DNA from: Guillardia theta CCMP2712
Taxonomy: Eukaryota > Protista > Cryptophyta
Assembly (NCBI RefSeq): GCF_000315625.1
Contig: NW_005434631.1
Location: 124,001 to 188,000 of the forward strand
DNA length: 64,000 bases
Direction: 5' to 3'
The notes below the pieces were generated by a model that was given only the letters and a program-made list of their open reading frames with translations, ran no database searches and was not told where the DNA came from. This document shows, piece after piece, positions 30,701-44,468 of this stretch. The translations under genes and the position numbers were made by a program. Within the stretch, counting starts at the first letter, position 1; every line of letters begins with the position of its first letter.

Positions 30701-32220
30701 TGCGTCCTGCTCGTCCTGGATGTCTGCAAGCAAGAGGTCGTGCCGAATGTCGTCGGAGACAAGTACGCCGAGTATGCTGGGATCCTTGCATCTCAGGGTA
30801 GGCTCTCCCTCGCGATGCAGTACTTAGTTCGGGCCACAGCTGCAGACAGTCTGTCAGCCTCTGTCCTTCGAGAGAGAATCTTCAACTCGGACGTGCGCAA
30901 CTTTTACAGCGTACCCCAGCACCAGCATCCTCCTTTTCCCTTCGAGGTTCATGATGTTGGTGTAGCTCCGGCTCGACCAGTCCAGCAGCCCCTCTCCAGC
31001 GGCTCTACTGGTGCACCCCAGCAGGCCTACAATGCTGTGGCGGATGCTTTCGGGGATGCCTTTGGAGCTCCACTGAATGTGCAGCCGCTGGCCGCTCCTC
31101 AACAACCCATGCAAGTGCCCCAGCAGCCTGTTCAGCAGATGGGAATGCCTATTCAGCCGCAAGCACAGCAGTACAACCAGCAGTTTGCGGCGCCCCAGCA
31201 GCAGAACGCGTATGCAGCTCAGATGCAGACCACTTACCCTGGTCAATTGCAGCCAGCGCAGCCCGCTTATCAGGTATCGGCAGCAAGTGGGATAGACGCC
31301 CCATGCTCACCGTCTTGCAGGCCCAACAGCCAGGGGTCTTGCCTCAGGGAGGGATGCAGGTAACCCAAAAGGCTTGAGGACCACGTGACTCTAAACTGAT
31401 CGCTGCTTCTGCTTTCCAGCCACAAGCAGCGCAGCAATATTCCCAAGCTCAGTCCCAGCAGCCGACCATCGTCCCCGCTGCCTCGCAATACATGCCTGCA
31501 GGCCAGATGGGTGGGATGGCTCCCCAGCCTGTTGTCCAGCAGCCCCAGATTCACGCTGCTCCGATGATGCAGTCGCAGCCTCAAGCAGCTCCTCAGCCTG
31601 CATACCAGGTAGTGTGAATGCGCACGCTCGTCGCGTGTTGATATCTGGCTTTCCAGCAGCAGATGCAGCCTCCTCCCCAGCAGCAGATGCAGCCTCCTCC
31701 CCAGCAGCAGATGCAGCCTCCTCCCCAGCAGCAGATGCAGCCTCCTCCCCAGCAGCAGATGCAGCCTCCTCCCCAGCAGCAGATGCAGCCTCCTCCCCAG
31801 CAGCAGATGCAGAGCGCTCCTGCTGTCCAACAAGCATACGCGTTAACGCAGGAAGACGAGTACGTCCTCGGGTCTTGTGCAAACATGCAAGGCAGGTTCT
31901 GCCCGACCATGCAGAAGAAGATGGCCGAAGACGTAGGCAAGCGCATGAAGAGCTTGGATGAGAGGATCAGAGCTGGGCAAGTGTCCAAGGACGTGATGGG
32001 TCAGCTGGTGAGCTACTGCCAAGCGCTTGAAAGAAACGACGTCAACTCGGCCTCGTCCATCCAAACAGCTCTGACAGCAAGCCACTGGGACGAGCACCGG
32101 CAATGGCTGGTGAGTAGCTCTCTTCGTCTGGTCACTGAGGGTCTGACACTTTGCCGTCTGTCTCGCTCACAGCAAGCGTTGAAGTGGATCCAGGATCATG
32201 CGAAGAAGTCGATGCAGTGA
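27797..32220 (+). CDS. SEC31: COPII coat protein Sec31, multi-exon
   Basis: MLLKT|AKRSATVAW start. WD40 motifs FHRLAWG, GGMVDGSIGLWN, VVWDLR and VQMWDLRN. Also APGWLKRPVGASFGFGGQLV, ADALLLAATGG, WKETLA, a Pro/Gln-rich linker and a C-terminal helical domain. Confidence 0.95.
31657..31812 (+). repeat. 24-bp coding tandem repeat (QQMQPPPQ x6.5) in the Sec31 proline-rich region
   Basis: CAGCAGATGCAGCCTCCTCCCCAG repeated six times plus a partial copy. Confidence 0.95.
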
Positions 32221-33282
32221 AGGGTCACTGTACGACTCACGGCTTGCGAGATGAGATGTTCGGTTGTACCTGACACGCGTAAAGCCCTTCCTATCTCATC
32301 TCCATGTCCTCTCGGCTTGTTGGCTGCCGCTGGGAGCTGCTGCGGGAGTGACTGGTCGTGCATTTCTTCGAGTAAAGCGACAGCAGGGGATGAGATTCTT
32401 TCCCAGCAGCGCGTGAGCGACGCAAGTGAGGTCGCAAGTCCAAGTAGCCAGAAGCCTGCAAGGCTCTGCTGGCTGTCGCTGTAGGACCTTGCGCTTGTCT
32501 TGATTTTGTGCGTGTGCTCCCAAGAAGACTCCGCCCCGTCTTGTACTTGTGGAGCAGATGAAGGTGAAATCACAGCGTCGCTGCATATCACCGCAATACA
32601 CGTGTCGAGAGAGAGCCTCTCGACAGTCCTCTTGACGGAGTGTACTGATGTTGTACCCATGAAGTGTAACGATGTAACAGCATCAAGCCGAAATAGCGAA
32701 AGCTATAAGGGCAATATGGAGTTTTATATGAAATACCTCCGGTACCATGTCGGGTACGTTTGTGGTACTTCATCAGGCCAAATATCGGCTGTGCATACCA
32801 TGCCCGATGTGGCAGGGTGCACCTTGCAAGTTGTATGATAGACCTGGCGGCTAGTCGTAAACTCAGTACATACGACATGTATAGTGCTACGAGGATGAGG
32901 CTTGACCGTACATTAGCGAGATCATCTACGACACTACTTAAGCCAGGAGAGGAGCGGCTTCCGCTGCTCAATCTTTCGCTCTCTTCTGCATTGGTCCCTT
33001 CACAAGTTATCTTGCTGCTGCTGATACATAAACAAATCTAGCTTCATTCTTCATTCTTCCAGTGCACTTTGCTACGTTGTTGGAGCAAGTCCCACATCAT
33101 GTACAGCAGTCTCTTCCCTGTGGTGTGCTAGGGAAGAGAAAAAAAGAAAAGACATCAGCACAGGCGGGGTACTTGATTTGTTATCTCATAACGTGCGACA
33201 TGAGGTACTAGGCTTGTGCAGCCTCCCTCCCGAGGGGATCAAGATGTACGGCAACCCGTCGACGCCTTCATCGTGTCCTCCC

Positions 33283-34074
33283 TCACTTTCCCTTGAGGTA
33301 CAGGCCTACAGCCCTGTCGCTGGGAAAGTCGGAGATCACTATCCCAAGCTCGTTGTCGGACGTGACCACGATCTCGTCCTCGTCCTCGTCCAGGTAGCAG
33401 AGGTGATATGAGTCGCGTAGGAGGCCCAGGCTGGCTTCGAGGTAGTTGAGCAGGACGTTGAGCCCGTTGACCGGGACGTCGGATTGATCCATGAGGAGCT
33501 TCAGGCTGCAGTGGTGTGTCGACCTCCCGAAAGCTGCTGCACTGATCGAGAAGGCTATCTCTCGCGTGTGGTATCGTGACCCAGCAGAGGCGGCGGCCTG
33601 TCCCCGGTCAGCACTGTCTCCGTCAGCATCAGACTTGAACGGGCGGAGGAGCCTGGAGATGGTAGACTTGCTCTTGCCGAAGATGTTGGCGATCTGGACC
33701 TGCGTGGTCGTACCCCTGTCATCGCGGTTTCGGCTGTTCCAGATGTTGATGATCGCTGCCTTGTCAAGCTTTGAGAGTCTTGTCTTGCCCTTGCAGAGGT
33801 CTCGGTGTCTCAGCCGGTCTGCTTCAGTCCAACATCGTGTCCTACGAGGCCTGTTGTGGCCGGTCGGAGATGGGCTAGCAGACCAGTCGTCGGTCTTGTC
33901 ATACTTGACAGCGTCTATCAGGAAGTCGGTAGGCGAGTCGAGCGAGTCCCGGGGATCCTGCTTGATGTATGCTGACATGGACTGGACATGTTGCGCATCA
34001 TCCCACAGGAGGTTGAGGGGAGCATCATCGATACAGGCGTCAGTCTCATTCCAGTCGAAGGAGAAGGGGTCCAT
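33283..34074 (-). CDS. Intronless protein with a CENP-B-N/Psq-like HTH and a C-terminal PB1 domain
   Basis: RLSKLDKAAII...TQVQIANIFGKSKSTISRLLR fits the HTH pattern. YLDEDEDEIVVTSDNEL fits the PB1 acidic OPCA motif. Confidence 0.75.
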   Translation of the reverse strand: MDPFSFDWNETDACIDDAPLNLLWDDAQHVQSMSAYIKQDPRDSLDSPTDFLIDAVKYDKTDDWSASPSPTGHNRPRRTRCWTEADRLRHRDLCKGKTRLSKLDKAAIINIWNSRNRDDRGTTTQVQIANIFGKSKSTISRLLRPFKSDADGDSADRGQAAASAGSRYHTREIAFSISAAAFGRSTHHCSLKLLMDQSDVPVNGLNVLLNYLEASLGLLRDSYHLCYLDEDEDEIVVTSDNELGIVISDFPSDRAVGLYLKGK

Positions 34075-34284
34075 GGGAGTCTGATCGTGGAGCTTGAGGA
34101 GGAGAGAAGAGGCGAGAGCTGCCGATAGGTTGAGTCATGGGAAAGATGACATGCGAACCGTTGCGGTCCACTGAGTTTTGCATCCGAAGCGTTGCGAGGT
34201 GATAACTCGAAGTCGGATGTTGGCCCATGACTCCTTCAGTCTAATTCGGAAGTCATGTTAATTGAAGCTGAAAACAACTCAGAT

Positions 34285-35870
34285 GCAGTACCTTGTCGCA
34301 AAACTCATATTATTAAGTGAAACTATGGAGTACCTGCTGTCCCAAAACTCATTTTATTAAGTGAAACTATGGAGTACCTGCTATCCCAAAACTCATATTA
34401 TTATCCCAAAACTCATTTTATAAAGTGAAATAACTGAGAACATTGTATGCCGGAAATAGAAAGGCAAACCCGAGCAAACAAAGGAGGGGGAGGTTAAAGC
34501 CTACAAACCCGCCTCAATACTGAAAATACTAGGAAACGAAGGAGGCAGTAGTACCTGCTATTCCAAAACTCATTTTATGAAGTTAAATGGAGTACCTGCT
34601 ATCCCAAAACTCATATTATGAAGTTAAATGGAGTACCTGCGAGCTCAAAACTCATATTATTAGGAGTACCTGCGATCATTAGGAGTACCTGCGAGCCCAA
34701 AACTCATATTATTTAGGAGTACCTGCGATCATTAGGAGTACTTGCGATCACAAAACTCACATTATCAGGAGTACCTGCGACCACAAAACTCATATTGTTA
34801 GGAGTACCTGCGATCACAAAACTCATATTATTAGGAGTACCTGCGATCATTAGGAGTACTTGCGATCACAAAACTCACATTATTAGGAGTACCTGCGATC
34901 ACAAAACTCATATTATTAAGGAGTACCTGCGATCATTAGGAGTACCTGCGATCACAAAACTCATATTATTTAGGAGTACCTGCGATTATTAGGAGTACCT
35001 GCGATCACAAAACTCACATTATTAGGAGTACCTGCGATTATTAGGAGTACCTGCGACCACAAAACTCATATTATTTAGGAGTACCTGCGATTATTAGGAG
35101 TACCTGCGATCACAAAACTCATATTATTAGGAGTACCTGCGAGCTCAAAACTCATATTATTTAGGAGTACCTGCGATCATTAGGAGTACCTGCGATCACA
35201 AAACTCATATTATTAGGAGTACCTGCGATTATTAGGAGTACCTGCGAGCCCAAACCTCATATTATTAAGGAGTACCTGCGACCACAAAACTCATATTATC
35301 AGGAGTACCTGCGATCACAAAACTCATATTATTAAGGAGTACCTGCGATTATTAGGAGTACCTGCGATCACAAAACTCATATTATTTAGGAGTACCTGCC
35401 GCGGTGCGAGCTCAAAACTCATATTATTAAGGAGTACCTGCGATTATTAGGAGTACCTGCGATCACAAAACTCATATTATTAAGGAGTACCTGCGATTAT
35501 TAGGAGTACCTGCGATCACAAAACTCATATTATTAAGGAGTACCTGCGATTATTATGAGTACCTGCGATCACAAAACTCATATTATTAGGAGTACCTGCG
35601 ATTATTAGGAGTACCTGCGATCACAAAACTCATATTATACCTGCGATTATTAGGAGTACCTGCGATCACAAAACTCATATTGTTAGGAGTACCTGCGATC
35701 ACAAAACTCATATTATTAAGGAGTACCTGCGATTATTAGGAGTACCTGCGATCACAAAACTCATATTATTAGGAGTACCTGCGATCACAAAACTCACATT
35801 ATCAGGAGTACCTGCGATCATTAGGAGTACCTGCGATCACAAAACTCACATTATTAGGAGTACCTGCGAC
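34285..35870. repeat. Minisatellite array built on a GGAGTACCTGC core, with mixed 33/34-bp and 19-bp units
   Basis: Long unit GGAGTACCTGCGATCACAAAACTCATATTATTA and short unit GGAGTACCTGCGAT(C/T)ATTA. Variants of 44 bp (34327) and 41 bp (34589) lie at the left end, with an interruption at ~34440-34545. Roughly 45-50 cores by eye. Confidence 0.97.
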
Positions 35871-37695
35871 CTCAAGCACCCCTACTTCCATTGGGTAGTA
35901 CCCCCTCAAGCCCCTACCTGGTCACGTAACCATTTTTAATTAACTTCGTTGACTCATCATGTTAACGGATCTTTCCACACGTTTCGAGGGTCGGGTACTG
36001 TTATGAGTTAGCCTAGGGTGGGTAGTCAGCGTGATTTTCCGGGTCGGAGATACCGGTCCTTCCCTACGTATACCAATACTTTGAAAGTGTGGGTTGGGTA
36101 CCTCACCCTACCCTAGTATGGTTAGCCGAAATTGCCTTTTCAGGTGAAAGGGCAAGAGTTCCTACTGTTTGGAGTCCTACCACTCGCTGGACGGGGTGGT
36201 GGACCTCATCATTCTCTGGAGAAGGTGGGGTGGTTGTTCGAGTGGATCATCAGATGACGGGTAGTGGATGAGTTGAGAGAGTTTGTAGACGGTAGGGTAC
36301 CATGGGACACTGGGGTACTACCCTCATGCAGGTAGGGGTGCTGGAATGGGGAATTCGGGGGTAGAGTGTAGGGGACTGGAGGGTGGGGATAGGGGGCTGT
36401 TGAGGCGATGGGAAGGTTTCGAGGCAGGTCGGCGCATGCTGATGGCGAGGCGGAGGAGGAAGGAGCCTGAGGGGATCAGGAGGCGGAGCGGAGAGATTTT
36501 GGAAGCCTTTGAAAAGGGGAGGATAGCTGGGAGACACGACGGAGCACTGGGGCAGAATGTAGAGGGAGAGAGAAACGGGAAGGGCCATACCATAGTGGAC
36601 CCGATAGGGTAAGATGGTGTGGCGGTCATGGCAGATTGGGACGACAGAAGAGAGGTTTACAGATGTCGTAGGAAGATTATTGAAATAGAATGAAGAAGGA
36701 TTGTATTGTCCTAATGCTAGAGCAGGAAAGACCAACTGTATTGAATTCTTAGCCATGAGAGCAACTTGCATTTTTGATGCAAGCAATCCCTGTGTGTGTG
36801 TGCTCCATCAAGTAGAAATGAAGTGTCAGAGAAAAGGTTTGTTGATGTCGAAATTTCAAATTAGAATTTCTGATGATTCTCCGTGCATCTGATTAGTGCC
36901 TGATAGCAAGGTCGAAGATGGCACCTCAAATTCTCCAATGAAGAGGGCCTCCACAGCATAATCGACTTGCAATAAGAGAAGTAATCTTGTGTTGAATCGA
37001 AAGATTGTCCTTGAAGATGCTGACCCTCGAGGTTTGTCACCCTATCACCTATTACAATGCTCCCCTCATGTCTACTCAGGAAACCATGGAACAATACATC
37101 ATGGAACACATCGAAGCGGTAGAACAAGAATTTGAAAACTATTTTCTCACGCTTGCATAATTTACTTTTTGCAGATCAAATTTGCTGTTGTGTCCAGCAG
37201 AGGGATTCATTCCGCCTGCTTGCTGACTTTGAATTGTGACAACGAGAATCGCGACAAGTTGACACAGACAGCGGTCAACTTTGCAGAAAGACATGGCAAG
37301 CCGTCCTTTCCTTGCACTCGCAAAGCTGACTCTGCATGAGAATAGGAAGCCATGCTACCACAGTGGAGGAAGCAAGAAAGTGCAATAACTTTCGTAGAGC
37401 GCTTCTCAATACCTTTGCAGCTTGTAACCGGTAATGTGCGATATTTGAATCTGCGTTCAATTCATGTGGCTGTGAACCAGAGAAATGGTTTCGAAGTACA
37501 AGACAAGTATGATACGCCCTGCACAGCTTCGTCGCTTCACAATCCTGACAGAGCAGGTGTGAACAAAGATTGATGTGAAATAAAGGTTATCTGATCCTGC
37601 TTTCAGTTTTCTCTTGAAGATGAAACTCTCTACGATGAAAAGAGAGTTAATCGTCAAAGAGTGAGAGTCGAACTCTTCCGACAGTCAGTGACGAG

Positions 37696-38897
37696 GTGCG
37701 AAGGTGTTCGAGATCTTTTCAGATGTTTTCGACACCATGTTCGAAGCTGTGTATGATGAGCGAGGGCATGATGAATCTCGGCATGGACCGGCTGAACGGG
37801 CTGAAGCTTCTAGACCTTCCGATGACGACAGTGAAGAGTCAAGCGACCAAACAGAAGCGCGAGCAGACGCGTGTGGAGATGTTGAAACCTCTATGAGCAT
37901 GATGGTAAATCTCTTTTCACTGGTCATCGGCTTGATTCGCTTACGCAGACAGACACCACCGCAAAGAACATTCCTCCTGGTGGCCCAATCCCAACAGAAG
38001 GAGAGCTTGGAATCTTTGTGCGTTCAAGAGAGCCGAGACCAAATGTCTTCCGTCGATGGGTCAGCAATGTGAGCGTACTGAGATACAGCAGACGATCTCT
38101 GACGTGCTTGCTGGTACTCTTGTCTTCAACTTGTCAGATCAAGCTCTACTTCACGTGAGTTGTCCGACAAATCATGTGCATGTCAGAGTTATGTGAGCAC
38201 ATGGCAGGTGCTGCGGGCCGCATTCGCAAGCCCTCGACGATGATATTCTGAACCCCGGACATGCCGTTGTCAAAAGAGCAGCTCCTGGGAACCAGAACGT
38301 ACAGAATGCAGGAGAGCTGGCAAAACAAGCGCACTCGGATGAAAATTTTGTTTCTGCCGCCCCGTTCGAGTCAATTGACTGGAAGAACGAGACGACCGAG
38401 GAAGAGAAAGCAGTGTCCAAGTCATCGAGCTTCAGCGGTGAATGTTTCAGCTCTTGCGTTCAATGTTGATGGTTTTGACTTCAGTGCCCACCAACTATCC
38501 CATTGCTTCTCCTCCCAAAGTCTCTCTGCCTCCTTTTGACCCCCTGCCAACCGTGAGAGCCCTCATGCGACTGTTTATGGTGGTTGATTGGTGACACCTT
38601 CAGGACTTCTACTCCAAGTCGTTCTACGATTCTCCGCCTTCTCCTTTCGCGGTAATATGTTCTCCGATCCTCCTCAAAAACCTCCTCGTTGCTCATCTTC
38701 CTTTTCAGATCTCACCCTACGAGAAGATGGTCCTGTACGACCCCAAGGTGCCGTCGAGATCGAGCGCTTCAAGGCGCCTCATTCTCGCCAACGAGACCAT
38801 CATCACCAACGTGTACAATCCTTCTTCTCCTTCCCGCCCTGTCTTCGCTTCCAAGTACTCGGATGTCAACACGTTCTCCATGACTTACGTGTAGCGT
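37696..38897 (+). CDS. Probable multi-exon hypothetical protein
   Basis: Coding-like segments separated by short GT..AG intervals. No recognisable motif. Confidence 0.35.
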
Positions 38898-38974
38898 GAA
38901 GTTGTAGGGCCATGTCATCATATTCTTTGTTGTTTGTTTTCTTTTACACTCGTGAGAGTCATTTTGTCGTCCTC

Positions 38975-40700
<1,726 letters not shown>

Positions 40701-41483
40701 CATGAATCGGAGCAGGATTGAAAACACCCAGAAGTATGGCAAGTCAGATGCGCGATAGAAGTGAAGTCAAATCACTTCAACACTCCTTGACAGCGAACAA
40801 CTGTACCAAACTGAGATGTCAACAGGTCCGCCATCACGCTCGCCCTGGCAAAGCTGATAGTGACAACTGGATGTCAGACGCTACTAAATATCCCTCCCCT
40901 CCCTCCCTCTCCCCTCCCTTCATCTCCCCTCCCTTCCTCTCCCCTCCCTCCCTCTCCTCTTCTTCTATTCTCTCTCTTCCTCTCCTCCCTCCCCTTACTT
41001 GTCACTTCCTACTTGTCCTCCAATCATGAGCCGCTCCATGTTTCCTTCAACGGTTCATTACCCACCCCTAATCACAGTCAGAAGTAGGGGTACCTTCGGC
41101 CTGTCAAATTAAACAGACTTACACTAGTTTTACTTAATAACTAATTAGCTAGCGTTTTCAGGATTTTTCCTAGTTCAAATCCCTGCCCGCAGGATTTTCC
41201 TGAAATCACAAGCTTTGTTAAAACTATTTTATGTGAGAGGAATCTGAGTACCCCTACTTTTGAGTGTCTTGAAAGGGGATGTTTTATTTATTGAAAATAT
41301 TGAAAATAATAATGATGAAAACAGGAGATTTTAATTAGGGAAATTTTTTCACTTAACTCTGGACCTCTAATTGCTCCTACCCCCCAAATCCTGAGTTTCC
41401 TGCGTAGTAGTTTATTGCGCCCTCCGGCCCCCCCCACCCCCCACCCCCCCTTTCAGACCTGCAACCCGCGCAAATCGCTCAGC

Positions 41484-43157
41484 ATGGCCACAGCTGCTGG
41501 ATCGCAAGGTAGCCGTCAGAAATGCTTGTTCGGTTCACGATGCAAGGTTAGGGACGACGCAGCTCAACTGTATCAATGTACTGCCTGCTCAAACATGTTT
41601 CATCATCTTTGTGCTAGTGAATGGAGTGAAGAGTGGAGCGATTGTGGTTGCTCAACTCGCAACCCGAAAGGAACAAAGGGACCAAAAACTTCAGCGCAGC
41701 AGCAAACCCCAAAAGGTGTTCCTTCCATCTCTGAAGAACAAATCGTGGAATCAATTGTGGAATACGTTTCAGAAACTAACAGAACTAGAGGGGTATGCAA
41801 CGAGGAGAACGATCACGACGCAGACGGAGTTGCAGAGGGGGAGGGAGGCGGAGACGAAGCCTCGGACGAGGAAGAAGAAGAAGACGACGACGATGACGAT
41901 GAAGAGGAAGTGGAGGAAGTGGAAGGCGAGGACGAACAAGAAACAAGAGAAAAAATTGAGTCTGTCAAAGACAGGATGCTGTCGGACAATTCGAAGGCAT
42001 GTTACTTGAGTTCTGTAAGTCAACTGATTGCATGGTTGTATGAAACCAAACCATTTTGTTTGAATCACGAATTCAAAAGTTGTTTAGACAACGAACCCAG
42101 AAATCGTGGTCCAATTACGAAGAAGATCAAAGAACTGTTGAAGAGAAGAGAATTGTTACCATTCAACTCGAGAAGGTTCTCTTACAAGCGATGGACAAGC
42201 TATGTGGTCAATGTCATGATGAAGAACAAAACTTTTGCAAGAGAAGCTTGATCAGATGGTGGCAGGCAATTAACAGCTGAGACTGAAGCAAGACTGCATG
42301 ATGGAAAAGATGGAGGCGGAATTCAAGCAGATTGTCAACTATTTTAAACAGTCTCCGCAAAAGAATGAGGAAAATCGCCTGCTATTGTTACAACAGCCTG
42401 AAGTTTCTATGCAACAAAATCATGGCCACGAGAACTTCACGGTGCAAATGCAACTACGAGAAGTGTACACAAAGCTACAGGAAGGGTGGGACATGCACAA
42501 ACGGATGATAGAGAATTTGCAGCAGCAACAATTTGAATTGCTCCAGCACCTACAAAGGCAGCAGCAGCCGCAGCAGGTAGAGCAACCGCGGCAAGTGCAA
42601 CAACGGCAAGAGGAAGTAAGTCAGGAGCCACTTCATTCACAGCAACAGCCGGAAGTACAGCAGTGCCAAGGTCAGAGGCTTCTTCCGGAAGATATACGAG
42701 TATCGGACGAGGCAGGAGTAACAGAGGCAGCCTGGAGCATTTGGCATTGTGGCAACAATTTAAAAGGAATTCCACCGCTGAAACGTATGAGAGGAAAAGA
42801 TTTGAGACAGAAGAGCCAAGATAAACGATTGACAGATATGAGGTTTTTCATGAAGCATTTTCATCAATTCATAAGGAAGGTGATCAGGGACAGCGAACAG
42901 GACGGTGACAATGAAGCGAGAAGGAGGGAAATGGACCAACTGGTTTGTATAGAGCTGGTTTGTATAGAGCGGGGGAATCCTTCAGTCCGAGAAACGAATG
43001 CTTTCTTCATGAAGTATGCCAATGAATACCTGAATTGGAAGCCGCTAGTAGCAGTTTGACGAATCGAGGTGGACAGCTAAAATGGACAAGTTATGTTCGC
43101 AAACTGCGAGTCAAGTATAAGTATAGACCTGATGAACTGGAGTGGCTGTGGAATTGA
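41484..43157 (+). pseudogene. Disrupted Crypton/NDC10/GCR1-like transposon-derived sequence
   Basis: Cys/His finger (CTACSNMFHHLC), an acidic tract, helical LSDNSKACYLSSVSQLIAWL, a Q-rich linker and a GCR1_C-like AWSIWHCGN..GIPPLK..DL..RLTDMRFFM segment. The coding sequence is split over different reading frames, with stops at 42249 and 43057. Confidence 0.45.
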
Positions 43158-43398
43158 AGTTTAGATCTTACATAAATGTTATGAATCTGAACTCACTTGG
43201 AGAATACTCGAACCAAGGGTGACGTAAACATGCAACGTGTTGACTCTGACTGTGAAAATTTTGGCTAAGTGTTGGTCACTCTGAGGCGGGTGGTCACACA
43301 AAGCGGGGGTGGGGATGGGGGTTCGATGTGCAGGGGTGGGTACTAAATGATGATTTTAGGGGGGTGGGGTCCATTTCCGAAGAATTTTTATGTCACTT

Positions 43399-44130
43399 CT
43401 ATAGTAAATCGAAAAACTGACAATAAAGAATTGTAATATCCTGATTTGGTCTTACAAGTCTAAATATTATAATACAAATATGTATACCAGGAAGACAAAT
43501 GGATGATCCTCTTCTCTTTCTAGATTTGGTGAGGCAGTATTGGTGACAAGGTCTCCAAACAAACTCTTCAAATCTTTCCATGCCATTGGGAGTATCAATT
43601 CGTGGTTTTAGTCGACAGCCCTGGGATTCACTTTGAGCCTGGGAGTAACAGACGCACGATCCTATTGATCTTGCATCGGTAAACTTTCTTCGTACTAATA
43701 GAGGGGTTGGGGTATAATAATGACCTCCAGAAAAGGGGGTAGGGTCTTTGCAATGATATTTTGACGGATAACATTCTCAAGGTAGTACCACCCACTCTTT
43801 CCCATCCAATGGGCTAGCTTAGGCATCCGAGCGTGGTTTGCGAGCGATACACGCTGCAATCCTGTCTTTGTTGGGTCTTGGACACGCCGCAATATTCATC
43901 AGACACTGCTGAACTCCTCTACCACTTCCACTCCTCCACCACTACCTCGACCTCCTCCTCCTCCTCCTCCTCCTCCTCCTCCTCCTCCTGCTGCTGTTCC
44001 TCTTCCTGCTGTTCCTCCCCCTCCTTCTCCTCCTCCCCATGTGCCCAAGAAAACCGACTTCCTTGTGCAGATGCCTTCATGTATGACAGAAGTTGACAAA
44101 GCAATCACACTGAAAAAGGAACGAGAAAGC
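43399..44130 (-). CDS. Possible hypothetical multi-exon gene containing a (GAG)n tract
   Basis: Short coding-like ORFs at 43399-43581 and 43695-43892. The (CCT)n run at 43950-43990 may be intronic. Confidence 0.25.
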
Positions 44131-44468
44131 GATTTATCTCTTTGATTACGAGGGGACATAATCGCTGATCAAAGAATTCGGAAGCAAGCCTTGAAATAAA
44201 TAAGACGTTAAGGTGTCTCTATTCGTACAGCATTGATTGTTTTATTGCTTTTGCTGCATCAACTTTTGTCAGGTTTGCTTAGTTGTGCAGGTTGGAAATC
44301 TCTGGAAACCTCTGGAAATGTACAAACTGGCATGACCGTGCCTCAGCTTCCACGCATCAGCGCATCCAACCACCAAAAAATGAAAAATCGCTCCATTAGC
44401 TCTGAATGTCAAGCTGCTGTCATGAGAATGAACTATTTGAAAGGTCGGTTGCAATTCCAGTGAAGCAT

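Noticed and set aside
31270-31988. Minus-strand repeat ORFs (CICCWGGG, AAGEEAAS)
   Set aside because: Alternative frames of the Sec31 QQMQPPPQ repeat.
32220-33150. Possible minus-strand gene downstream of Sec31
   Set aside because: Exon-like pieces are present, but I could not build a coherent model or find a motif.
33491-34084. 197-aa plus-strand ORF
   Set aside because: Antisense shadow of the HTH-PB1 gene with no motif of its own.
34285-35870. CRISPR array
   Set aside because: The sequences between cores are near-identical rather than unique spacers, there are no cas genes, and the context is eukaryotic.
36250-37690. Possible gene or pseudogene fragments
   Set aside because: Only short ORFs with no recognisable motif or consistent splice model.
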